From assembly GCA_004764695.1 (NCBI GenBank), contig SMSO01000004.1, positions 310,001-374,000 on the forward strand: 64,000 bases of DNA, in the 5' to 3' direction. Each line of letters begins with the position of its first letter. The first letter of the stretch is position 1. A program made the translations under genes and the position numbers. This document shows, one piece after another, positions 1-10,617 of this stretch. The DNA is from Schizochytrium sp. TIO01 (Eukaryota > Protista > Bigyra: Labyrinthulomycetes). The notes under the pieces are model-generated. The model was not told where the DNA came from and ran no database searches. It was given only the letters and a program-made list of their open reading frames with translations.

Positions 1-50
1 CAAACAAACAAACAAACAAACAAACAAACAAACAAACAAACAAACAAACA
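1..50. repeat. (CAAA)n microsatellite, ~12.5 units, truncated by the window edge
   Basis: Perfect CAAA array read directly from the sequence. Confidence 0.95.
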
Positions 51-1281
51 TTCAGAAAATGGGAAAAGAAAAAATGAATTCTACCTTTTACAAAGAATGT
101 ACGGAATAAATGACATCAAAAAGTCACTACTACGAAGTAGTAACTTGAGTAATAATAATACTAACAATAGTATTTTTTAAAACATCATTTATATTTTATT
201 TAATAACTTGAATCGTGGTTTAGTTGCAAGGTCAAAGCAACTTGTGAATTAAGCCTGACTATACTTGGTTGTCCGAAAGAGGAAGGCGAGTAAAGATACA
301 CACCGTCACTTTTCCATTATCTTTATTAGTTATCGCAGTCCGATTTAATGTGAGAGTATTAGTACTTGGGTGCGAACAATCGAAATAGACCATATGCAAA
401 ACCTTACTACTGATTTCAAACTTTTGAGAAGGTACAGTACGGAGAGTATAAAACAAGGCACGTGCAAATAAGCGCACGGCCTGAATCCTATAACTTGTTC
501 CATTGTCCATGGTCAGTTAGATTTAGCAACAGCATTTTGGAAGGTGAATGATACATGGCAAACGAGCAGGAACATCTGAAAACAGTCGCAACATGTGCGC
601 GCAGCCTTTTGGCTTTTGCACTAGCTACGCAACGAGCCAGTTGTCCTTCGCTGAGTTTTCCTTTTCAAAGGATTTGGCCGGTATCGATGTCTTACTTAGA
701 ATCACCAATTCTATGGGGCTTAAATCGAAATGTGCGTCTATTTCAAAAAGAAAGGAAAAGTGCAAGGTCCTTTATGATGGTATCTTCGTACCTACTCCGA
801 AACATCGTAATTTGACGCAGCTCAGTCAGAGTAACTTAAGAATGAGACTTTCAATATTTGACGCTTCATTTTAAGTTCTGCCCCTCACAATGGGGATCTC
901 AAAGCTGGGTTGCATAATTAGTTTTGCAGGGAGCGTCAATAGCGATCGTTTGATGCTCTATTTCCTACTTAATTACTAAGAGGGCTCCTTTATGTTGTTG
1001 CTTGCCCCTGCCTGGACAGAACTCAACGCTGTCCATGTTCATTGTCTAACTCAGAGCAGTTGCGTTGAACTTGCTTGTAATGATAACTTGCCGCAAATCT
1101 TCCAACTTAAGCACTTCGCTACACGAACCAAAGAGGGAGCCATAAAAGACAGAGCCCTAAAGAAAATCATGACTCCTGTCTTTATTGTCAACTTCTGGGC
1201 AATTCAATCCGTGGCCTCGTGGCCAAACTACAGCACCCAGCAATGCATGAATGGAATCTTGGAACAATAAGCAAATTGAGC

Positions 1282-1407
1282 GTGTGCTTATTACTGGGCA
1301 TGTGCTTCTTGCTGGGCGTGTGCTTCTTGCTGGGCGTGTGCTTCTTGCTGGGCGTGTGCTTCTTGCTGGGCGTGCGCTTCCTACTGGGCATGTGCATTCT
1401 TGAATTC
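1282..1407. repeat. 18-bp minisatellite, ~7 copies (consensus GTGTGCTTCTTGCTGGGC)
   Basis: Head-to-tail units start at 1282, 1300, 1318, 1336, 1354, 1372 and 1390; the outer copies are degenerate. Confidence 0.9.
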
Positions 1408-2693
1408 ATGCGCGCTCAGAAAGAGAACCCAAAGTAAATAAGACAATACACTTCTAAATGTGCGTGAGCTTTTTCTTACAATGATGGCCATCGTTGTTTT
1501 TTCCTTTTTCTATTTCGAATATATATCAATTTATGATCTTCATTTATAGTGAAATATCACTCACAACGCAAATTATCAGATGGAGGAGAGGTCATCTATT
1601 GTACCAAGCAGAACCGTACTTTCGACTACGGAAAGTGTCGCTCTGAATATTTGATAGTAAATGTTTCTCTTGTTTAAATGGAAAGAATAAAACAAAGTGT
1701 GTATAGCCTGACCTAGGTACTAGCTAGGTACTAGCTAGCGTACCTACTACGTGCATAAGAGTGCATAAGAGTGCATCAGCAATTGTTTTCCCTCTAGGGA
1801 TTTTACCAATGCACAAGGTTTATGCAGAAAGAGAGAACTCTTCGTGTCTGTGTTAACCTTGGAATGATAACACTATGGTTCTATTACTTCAAAGAATCCT
1901 TTCACTTAGTATATCGCGCATATCCCTTCGGATAAGTAAGTAGTACACCACGAATCCGAGATTAAAGAAAGAGAAAAACCGATATTATGGTGCATAGCTG
2001 CTCTGCAACGTGAATGGCACAAGGTCTTACCGCCTTGCTAGGAGCCATTAACACCAAACCGTGTTGCATTTGGCGAGTGTTCCGCTTATACTCACAATTC
2101 AATTAAAGACCAAACAAAGCCAACTTGAAATATCATCAATTTGCTTCCTTTCTTCCTTTCTTTCTTTCTTATAAACACACAAAAAATACATTTCCAAGGA
2201 GGGCATTTTTAATTTACTCTTTCAACATTATATAAATAATTTGGAAATATACCTAATAATTCAGGATCCACACGTGGCTCAATTTATAAATCACATTTGT
2301 AAGATGCTACTTCTATATGCTCTTCGCTTACATTGCAAGCAAATTAAACAACACCTACCCCAACCTTCATCTATTCGGAACATATTTTGAAGATTCTATT
2401 ATATCTCTCAAGTTTCTATATTTATATATAAATATTTATTTTAAAAGTAACATTTTTAATTTGAACCATTTGTGTTTAAATTGAAATGATGATTAAAAGT
2501 TCAAAGTATCGCCAACAATTGTAAATCAGCAAGAACTAGTTACACATTGTCCGCAATACTTCCAACTAAACATCAACAAATTGATCAACAGCTATTCCTG
2601 ACGGCCTAAGCTACACAAAACGAAATCTTAAAAAAAAAAAATCAAAATCAAAATCCAGATTTATGCTTCACACAAAACCATCTGATTTCATAA

Positions 2694-5600
2694 CAGATCC
2701 AGCAAACCTAAAGTAGACAACTGCAGAGATTGACAGCAAAGACCTAACTCATTCTCCCTCAATCATCGACAAGGATAAAGGACTGCTAATAAACTGGTGA
2801 GTGCTCAACATGAGTACAAACCAAACATATAGAATCATACGACTGCTCCTTGTGAGCATTGCACTGCTGCTTTCGTGTTATGATTCATATGCCATAAACA
2901 TCAATCTTCCCAATCTCGTCAACGACTATATGAACGCTACGATCGGCTGTGTCTACCAAGGTTCCATTGGTAACAGGGGTAGTGCGATTCAACTTGGCAC
3001 AGCAAGCAATGCAAGTGAGTGCTCTCAAAGTTGTACTTCGCGGTGGCTTAGCTCGCAACTTCGAGGTGTCATTGTGACAGGTATTCGAGATGGCGAAACA
3101 TTTACAGCGTCCTTTGGATCCACCTTTCAATCTGACTCCAGTGTCGACGACATTTTTACAACATGTGTCAGCCTAGTTGGAGACGAGTCATGCACCACAA
3201 CCTATGATGTTTTTGTATCAAATGGCAACGTTCTCACAGACGTTGTGATCAATAAAGCTGAGATCACCGCAGTCACTCTGTCACCGTGTCCCGAATACAC
3301 GATCACAGATGGCTCTGGGGTGATCTTTCAGGATCTCAGTGGGGCAACCATCCCATACCTTCGTCAGCTTGATATGGGTGTGCTAGAAAATGCTACAACA
3401 TTCACAATCTCGGGGGGCTTTTCAAGCTACGCTTGTACCGCATATACCAATGGTCAGTCCTCTGAGTCTTACAAAGGATGCTTATCTTGGGTTTATGACC
3501 CATCGGCCAACACCTGTACCTTGTACAATGACGCAGTCGATGGTGCAGACACTTGGACATATGCCACCGATACAGAACAACCCATATTTGGTAATGCAGT
3601 ATGCGAAAGCCTTGAAAAGGATGTGCAAGGCTTCGTTGCCACAATGGAAGCTACCAAAGGATGCGTTCTCCCAAACGCCAATATTCCTTATGAAGACGTC
3701 GCTACACCTACTACAACATCTGACTTCCATGAATGTCGCCGCATTTGTCAACAGACCGATGACTGTGTAGCATTTGTATTCAATGAAGAAACAAGCCTAT
3801 GTTGGCCTAAAAGTCCAGAAGCAATGAACAATTATGCTGAAAAGTCTGTTACAGCTACAGGAACAGCTTATTGCTCTACATGTCAAACGGGTTACTACTT
3901 TAGATTTATCGCATCATTAACAGATAGTTGCTATCCATGCGAACGAGGCTATTACTGCTCAAACAATGTGCGCTATCAATGCACGGCTGGCGACTACTGC
4001 ATTGAAAGGCTGCTCGAGCAGCCTGAAACGTATGGTGGAAACAATGTTTGTCCTGACAGTCGTACAGGCGTAGCTTGTCAGCATCATGTGTGCCAGATGT
4101 CTAGCACGGGCCAAGCCTTGCTACAGCAAAGCTTTCAAGAGCCAGAAGACTTCGACTATGCCACATATCAAGCAGATTCCATTGTATCTACTCAAGTACT
4201 CGATGAGGAATCTTGGACACTGTCTTTTGACACTGTCATCAAGACCGGAGTCCTTCCAGACACAATGGAATACATGGTAGTTGAGGCACGCCAGACTCAG
4301 GGTACCTCATATAGCGTTCTAGACAGCATGCGTACGCCTGTTCCCAATAGTCTTGAATGTCCCACCATCACTTATGAAGTCACAGGACTTGCTCAGAACG
4401 AACTCCAACCCGGCACCGAAGTTGTCGTGTGTGCAACCGCTTCATGGACGTCGAATGCGAAGCCTACATCCTGGTTTAACCTTACCTCAGAGACGACCGA
4501 TACGAAAGAAGTGGCTTCCTCATGCTATACTCTTGACATCCAGCTCGTGACCAAGCTCAGCATCGACTTAAGCAATATTCATGGATCTATCAGTGTAGGC
4601 GCAGTCGTGGTCACCTACTCTCTTGATGATAGCTCTGAAATCAAGTCTTTGACACTCGACGCAGATGGAGAGTACGAAACGATACTACAGGGTCATTCAA
4701 CAATTACAATCCACAGTGCTACAAAGAGTGGAGTGAATACTAATATTACCTACTGTGCTCTCGGAGATACTTGTTCCGAAAGTCAGGTCAGCGTGTTTCC
4801 TCAAACCATCTCTCTCAATCACCTGGAAAATACAAATATCTACCTCAAAGACGTTAACGGCAGAGTCATCTCTGGAACTATCGATTATCCAAACCTAATG
4901 CAGAAGACGAATGTGACAAACTGCCCTGTGTATAACGCAACCGTTTCTGTTGTCACTACAAGTGCAGGAATTGTTATCGATACGACCACTACAGATGAAT
5001 ATGGAAACTTTCAATTGGCTGTGCAAAACGGAACAACTACTAGCCTGGTGATTGACTACTACGAGCACAGCTTTACAGGAAATGACGCCAACTCCAAGAG
5101 CTTGCTCACAGGCGTATTGGTACAAGATGATATATCTGGAATCTCATTCAGTGACTCCGCGGTGCCTGTAGTAACATTTAATACTGGTGCAACCTTGTGT
5201 AACTATGATATTGGAGATGTCAAAATTTCGATTTCGTCGTCTTCCCCAAACTGTCCTGGAGAAACAAGTGTTACCGCGGAGTCAGCCACGACCGAATTTC
5301 AACTGAGCGGAGATTCATTCACATACTCACTTGAATACATTGACAACCCAGATTTCCAAGAGAGCTTTGATGCGATCTCGATGCATACGTTCAGCGTCTT
5401 GGATGGCGACATAGAGATCAATGCGCAGTACCAGCCAGTACCAGAGCTCACTGTCAGCTTTCCCGACGCTGCTCTTGATTTCGATGATTGTGGCTCTACA
5501 CTTCCTTTTGATGTGATGCTGGAAGGGAGACAAAACACTAGCGTCACAGTCAGGGGCTTTCAAACTTTCAACAAGCAAACCTGCTATTCTCTACCGAGTA

Positions 5601-8321
5601 ATACGACGCTCCATGTAGTGAGCGACTTGGCACTTGAATGGGGTGAGTATGGATGTATTGAAGACGCAGATTGCACTGCGTCATTCAACCGCGTGGCAGA
5701 TACGTATTCTTCAAGAAGTTCCATAGCTACGATGTACTTAATGGTTGGCGACCCAAAGGCTCCTCAGCAAACAGGTACAGGCATCGACCCTACCTCGATT
5801 ACTCGAACAGTCACATTCCGTGTTGAAAATGATCAGATTTGGAATTCAGATGATGAAGCTACTGCAAAGGCTTTGACTACGGAGACTGGGGTGCTTGTGA
5901 TTGGGATCACATCGTTAGAAAGTAACGGCGGAGTGAGTTTTCCAAGTGAGGACTCTGTGCCATTGTATTATCTGTATGCGCCGCCGATGACCTCTGAAGA
6001 CTCTGTAGCAAGTGTAAGTTTTACGGGTTCGTTCTCTACAGAAACTACCACATATGCGGAAGTTGTCAACGAGAACGATGTTGGCGCATCTGTTGAGGTT
6101 TCAGCTGAAGCTGGGTTCTGGTTTGTCCATACATCTGTAACAACGTCAACCAGCGTTGACTCCGTTTCTACTAATGTTGAGTCTCTGGATGACCGGGTCT
6201 CTACAAGCACAGATGAAACAACGTATACATTTGAGACCACCAGTGCTGGAGAGGATCTAGTTCTCTTCATGGGTACTGTCGCTGATTTGACAGAGGCTGT
6301 TGATCTCTCGTTCGATCAGAGTACATGCACTGTAGCCGCAGAGAACACAATGACCTGGGGTGCAGAAGTGAGTACACTCACAGTGTATTCGCGCTCCGCT
6401 TGTGAGCGTGATCTTGCTACCGCAAACAGATTCATCCGCCTGTACAAAAACGACGTATCCAGAGCTGATCAGGTGCAGAATATGCGATTTCAGCGAGACA
6501 ACTGGCAGAGTTTACTTTCTCACTGGGATAATGACAAGCGTGCAGCGCAAAACTATCCTGTTGATTTGTCGAGTGCAGGCGGTTCTGGGGCATCTGGAAA
6601 TACGCTCACCGTGAGCGGGGCATCTGTGTCGTTTTCCGAAACGCTGTCGAATGAGAACTCCGCGGTGACTGATTATGACTGTGCATCTGGCAGCGACACA
6701 TACTCAGCGAGCGTCACTGCATCCGCTAATGTGGATGCTTTCTTCGTCAAGGCGTCTGGATCAGCAACTGTATCAGGGTCGTTCTCTAGGTCATATACCA
6801 GAGAACTAAAGACCACCGAGGGAAATGCAGTCGATGTCACTCGTTCAGTCACCTTCAACACTGGTAACGAGCTGAACCAGCTAACTATGAATGCGTATCG
6901 GTCTCCACATTCTCAATCGTACGTCTTTGATGTAACAAGTGGCCAGACCATGTGCCCACACGTTCCTGGCACCACTCAGATTGAGAACTTTTCTCTGGAC
7001 TATAAGGAAAAGCCTGCAAGTTTATTAAGCAGCGACAGCGGTTCCTTTGCATTTGATATCATTCCGTTGATTCCCAGTGGGCTTGATTTAGATTTGGATC
7101 TGGTCATCTCAGTCGATTCGGCCAGTGCAACTGGAAATATTGCTTATACAATTGGATCTGCCACAGTAAATCAACCCTTCTATGTTAGTGTAGGGGACAC
7201 GCAGACAGTATATGTCTATTTTGAACGTCTTGATTCGCGCATTCGCTCCTCAACTGTGCTTATGCAGGTTGCATCGCAGTGTGATGATAATATTGTCAAA
7301 ACAATCTCATTCAAATTAACATGGGACTCGCCATGTGTTGATGTCGAGTGGGATGGTGATTTGACCAATTTGACATCTTCGTGGTTTTTAACCAATGAAT
7401 CGCCTGAGCTGACACTAGCATACACCCAGGAAGGCTCGTCTGAGACAGGCGATGATAACAAGATAGAGTCTACTGTTGAAGTGTGGGGTCTCCCTTATGA
7501 AGACAGCGTTACTGTGGCAACTACAGAATGGATAAATCTGGGGACATTTGCTAGTGGTTCTCGTGAGCTGACCCTAAATGCTGGAACTGCAAGCTTTCCT
7601 GACGATGGGCGCTATGTCTTGGAGCTCCGTCGCAGTTGCAGTGGTGGGTCCATGGGTTTTCTTGGAGCAACAAAATCAAGTCAACGTTTGGGTATTTTTG
7701 ATACAGCAAGTCCTGAAGTCTTGTCTTGGATCTCTCCCAAAACTGTTTCGACAGCTGTCTCTGCACTACAAGCGATGACATTTCGATTTAATGAGCCTAT
7801 TGACTGTTCTTCCTCGGATCTTTCTGCAAACATTTCAAGGACGAGTGGTAATACAGTAGTTCTTGGGGAAGTTGGGATCTCATGTTCATCCAGTCTCACG
7901 GACGTTTCTGTGGTTCTGATGCTGTCGTCAGAGGCGGAGATGACGGCATGGAGCATGTCACAGGTTACCATTGGGCTATATGGCGTTGAAGATCTTCATG
8001 GAAATGCTTACAAGAGCTCTGCGGGAGATCCGTATCTGGAGCGGACCTTTGTGTTGCCTTCTTTACCACTTCCGGCTTCGGGTAGTACTGCAGTAGGTTC
8101 TGGTGTTCCGAGCGCGACAAAGATGGCATCCATGGTAAGCTCTGTGCGGGAGGCTCTTATTCCAAGTGGGCAAGCCATAAAGTCAACATACATTGAGACT
8201 GGAGATGAGAGCGATGACAACAGTGGTCTTAGTAAAGGTGCAAAAGCAGGCATTGCTGTTGGTGTGATAGTTGGCTCTCTTCTTGTGATTGGCGCAGCAG
8301 TGTTTGCTTGGAAGCGCTACC
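2694..8321 (+). repeat. Segmental duplication unit A (paired with 15788-21414)
   Basis: Near-identical to 15788-21414 (offset ~13.09 kb) from ~115 bp upstream of the ATG to the codons just after the TM helix. Flanks outside these limits are unrelated. Confidence 0.95.
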
Positions 8322-8482
8322 AAGTTAACTCTGGTTTAGGAAATAGCAGCTTCGGGTCTGGTGGAATGGCTAGCAAACCTGCAGGGTGGGCACGGGCTGC
8401 GAAAGAAAAGGTAAAAGGTATGAGTAACCGTACTAACAAGAAGAATGAGATCTCCCCGACAAGGGTAGAAGATATGTTGTAA
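2810..8482 (+). CDS. Giant type I membrane/surface protein, copy A (~1,890 aa): signal peptide, PAN/Apple-like and Cys-rich modules, beta-sandwich repeats, S/T-rich beta-hairpin region, single TM, short cytosolic tail
   Basis: Uninterrupted ORF, first ATG at 2810. N-terminal hydrophobic stretch RLLLVSIALLLSCYDSYA. PAN-like CRRICQQTDDCVAFVFN..C. Cys-rich CYPCERGYYC. TTTTDEYGNF (carboxypeptidase-regulatory/SdrD-like beta domain). TM AGIAVGVIVGSLLVIGAAVFAW followed by KR. Confidence 0.85.
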   Translation: MSTNQTYRIIRLLLVSIALLLSCYDSYAININLPNLVNDYMNATIGCVYQGSIGNRGSAIQLGTASNASECSQSCTSRWLSSQLRGVIVTGIRDGETFTASFGSTFQSDSSVDDIFTTCVSLVGDESCTTTYDVFVSNGNVLTDVVINKAEITAVTLSPCPEYTITDGSGVIFQDLSGATIPYLRQLDMGVLENATTFTISGGFSSYACTAYTNGQSSESYKGCLSWVYDPSANTCTLYNDAVDGADTWTYATDTEQPIFGNAVCESLEKDVQGFVATMEATKGCVLPNANIPYEDVATPTTTSDFHECRRICQQTDDCVAFVFNEETSLCWPKSPEAMNNYAEKSVTATGTAYCSTCQTGYYFRFIASLTDSCYPCERGYYCSNNVRYQCTAGDYCIERLLEQPETYGGNNVCPDSRTGVACQHHVCQMSSTGQALLQQSFQEPEDFDYATYQADSIVSTQVLDEESWTLSFDTVIKTGVLPDTMEYMVVEARQTQGTSYSVLDSMRTPVPNSLECPTITYEVTGLAQNELQPGTEVVVCATASWTSNAKPTSWFNLTSETTDTKEVASSCYTLDIQLVTKLSIDLSNIHGSISVGAVVVTYSLDDSSEIKSLTLDADGEYETILQGHSTITIHSATKSGVNTNITYCALGDTCSESQVSVFPQTISLNHLENTNIYLKDVNGRVISGTIDYPNLMQKTNVTNCPVYNATVSVVTTSAGIVIDTTTTDEYGNFQLAVQNGTTTSLVIDYYEHSFTGNDANSKSLLTGVLVQDDISGISFSDSAVPVVTFNTGATLCNYDIGDVKISISSSSPNCPGETSVTAESATTEFQLSGDSFTYSLEYIDNPDFQESFDAISMHTFSVLDGDIEINAQYQPVPELTVSFPDAALDFDDCGSTLPFDVMLEGRQNTSVTVRGFQTFNKQTCYSLPSNTTLHVVSDLALEWGEYGCIEDADCTASFNRVADTYSSRSSIATMYLMVGDPKAPQQTGTGIDPTSITRTVTFRVENDQIWNSDDEATAKALTTETGVLVIGITSLESNGGVSFPSEDSVPLYYLYAPPMTSEDSVASVSFTGSFSTETTTYAEVVNENDVGASVEVSAEAGFWFVHTSVTTSTSVDSVSTNVESLDDRVSTSTDETTYTFETTSAGEDLVLFMGTVADLTEAVDLSFDQSTCTVAAENTMTWGAEVSTLTVYSRSACERDLATANRFIRLYKNDVSRADQVQNMRFQRDNWQSLLSHWDNDKRAAQNYPVDLSSAGGSGASGNTLTVSGASVSFSETLSNENSAVTDYDCASGSDTYSASVTASANVDAFFVKASGSATVSGSFSRSYTRELKTTEGNAVDVTRSVTFNTGNELNQLTMNAYRSPHSQSYVFDVTSGQTMCPHVPGTTQIENFSLDYKEKPASLLSSDSGSFAFDIIPLIPSGLDLDLDLVISVDSASATGNIAYTIGSATVNQPFYVSVGDTQTVYVYFERLDSRIRSSTVLMQVASQCDDNIVKTISFKLTWDSPCVDVEWDGDLTNLTSSWFLTNESPELTLAYTQEGSSETGDDNKIESTVEVWGLPYEDSVTVATTEWINLGTFASGSRELTLNAGTASFPDDGRYVLELRRSCSGGSMGFLGATKSSQRLGIFDTASPEVLSWISPKTVSTAVSALQAMTFRFNEPIDCSSSDLSANISRTSGNTVVLGEVGISCSSSLTDVSVVLMLSSEAEMTAWSMSQVTIGLYGVEDLHGNAYKSSAGDPYLERTFVLPSLPLPASGSTAVGSGVPSATKMASMVSSVREALIPSGQAIKSTYIETGDESDDNSGLSKGAKAGIAVGVIVGSLLVIGAAVFAWKRYQVNSGLGNSSFGSGGMASKPAGWARAAKEKVKGMSNRTNKKNEISPTRVEDML

Positions 8483-9788
8483 CGAAGTTTCTCAAATTGA
8501 CGCAACTAAAGTATAAAAGAAATTATTGAAGTAAGATACATCTAAATGTTTAATCTGCCTAACCGAAGCTAACCTAGCTCTCCTTCCACACTAATGAGAT
8601 GTGGTTCTGATTCTTTAGAGGTAATTGAGGAAATGTCTGTATCTGTATTGCTTCTCGGTACACACTTTCATCCTGCCCTTATACAGAACAATCATCCTCT
8701 TTCTCTTTCTCCTGAGTTCACCAGACCCGTCAGACTACCTCTGCATGTTTCACTGCACAAGCTCGTTCCCAATAGAATTATATCTCTCAGAATAAAATGA
8801 GGTTGTGTGGTGTACGGGATCGGAATGGCACGCGAATGTGAATTTGTTGGGAAGGTTTATGTTACCTTTTTTAATCTTATCGTATTTGTCCACGTTACAT
8901 TTATGCTGTATCATGGTTATGCGTACTTTTAGAAGTTGTACTCGTTTTCGGGTGAAGTAGTGCAGATACAGAGCATGAGGCTTAGATATGATTCTAATTG
9001 ACAAACAAACACATAGAAATGGTTTTACTAGTGAGCGTTTTCAGAATTTTTAACTATATTATTAGATTTTTTCTGATATAGTGTTTATATGTTTTGAGAG
9101 GGGTTTTAGCGATTGTTCTGACGGCGTAGTAGCTGTCTGTACCTGGTTTTTTGGCATCCTTTCTTTATTCAACTGAATCGGGGCCTACCTTTTAATACTA
9201 CCTACAACTATTCGATTTCCATTGAAGTTATAGCTACGGTTGTTTGAAAGACTATTAAAGCTGCCGATTGCCTGTATGACAAATTGTGTGTCACATAACA
9301 CGATTAAAGGCCGTGTTTTCTGGTCCCAACTTGGCTTCATCTTCGAATGCTACCACAAATGTGGTTATGAAACCACTTCATAGTTTGCGCAAATACCACG
9401 AACGTGTAACTGAACTCGAGAAGCAACATTTGGAGGTTCTAATCAACGGGGCTCATAATTGCGATGATTATCAGTCAGAGCTCAATACAGTGGACGATCG
9501 CGATTGTGCTCAGAAATCGCCCAATTTATGCTCCGGATGGGTAATCCACGATTCCATGAGCTTACACTGAAATTATCAACAAAAGAAAGGTTGATCTTTC
9601 TGAACGGAAATGAACGTTACGAGGAGATATTAGAAATCCTCAATACTGTTGTGGGCAACGTATCTACTTATTTTCTATAAATCCTCAGAAGTCTTAAGTT
9701 GCGTTTTTGTATGTTTCAGTCCCGGCATCGAAAGCTATCCAGACAGATTGAATGCTGTTATTGAAAAGAAAAGAAATATTTCAATAAG

Positions 9789-9834
9789 AAGGCTTTTACA
9801 GTTTGCGATCAAAGGCTTTTACAGTTTGCGATCA
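9789..9834. repeat. 23-bp perfect tandem duplication (AAGGCTTTTACAGTTTGCGATCA x2)
   Basis: Read directly at 9789-9811 and 9812-9834. Confidence 0.9.
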
Positions 9835-10364
9835 CTGAAAGAACGGTGACTCCAAATTGGGTCTTCAAGAGGATTGAGACAAATCTAGATGTCGTTAGCT
9901 TGAGCTTACTTAGTTACGATTAATTTGGGTGTCAACTTAGGACTTTAACAGTTATCACATTACTTTGGCCGCCTGGTCAAGGTGAAGGTGCCTTGCTGCT
10001 TATTTCCTCGCTGGAGAGCATAGTTGGTGTGGTGAAGGGGAAAGTACACCAATGCGTACTCCACGTGCTGACCCAGCTGTAGTGACTTTGTCTATTAGAT
10101 TGGAGGAAGTTCATGATCAGTTAATTGGAAGGAGTGTGAAGTCTTTAGTGATATTCATGTTAACCCAACTTATCGATTAGCAAGTCTAGAAACAGAAGTG
10201 AGAAGTTCTTTGGATGAAAGACTAAAAGATCAAGTAGACTTCGTTGATGAACGTTGAACCAATTTGTTTCAAGACGTGGGTCATAAGCAGATGTGGAGAG
10301 GAACGTCGAATACAGCGATTATAATTCTGACTTGATTCCACCAAAATAGATATTAATCAAAAAC

Positions 10365-10605
10365 AACCTTGAGGTAAGCCACAAAAGATTGTAGCATCAG
10401 TCTACATTAGTCTCTTCCTCATAAGTTAGAAGAAGCTCTTCCAGAATGCATTATAAACAAATTCAAAATTATAAACTCTTGCGAATAAGTTCTGTCTAAA
10501 ATGAAAATATGCTTTTGTTGCAACTGACGAAACCCGCTTGTAAGATCTATCTTGGACGTGGAGGATTTATGAATCGAGGACAGGTTGTTAGTCCTTTCGA
10601 ACATC
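10365..10605 (-). mobile_element. Degenerate Ty3/gypsy-like reverse transcriptase fragment
   Basis: Minus strand reads SKIDLTSGFRQL...IMHSG with the same spacing as gypsy RT SKIDLxSGYHQI...VMPFG. Stops follow, then FVAYLKV where YxDD is expected. Confidence 0.5.
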
Positions 10606-10617
10606 CTTGGAGAAATG

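Noticed and set aside
1-50. CAAA array as a telomere
   Set aside because: Not a TTAGGG-type repeat; a short GTTT run also occurs internally (~62980). Treated as a microsatellite.
1282-1407. Repeat array as CRISPR
   Set aside because: Units are head-to-tail with no unique spacers, there are no cas genes, and the context is eukaryotic.
2797-2802. GTGAGT donor-like site just before the ATG of the giant gene (also in copy B)
   Set aside because: Splicing from here would remove the ATG and signal peptide, and no supporting acceptor was identified. The track's GTG start (2801/15894) was also rejected in favour of the ATG.
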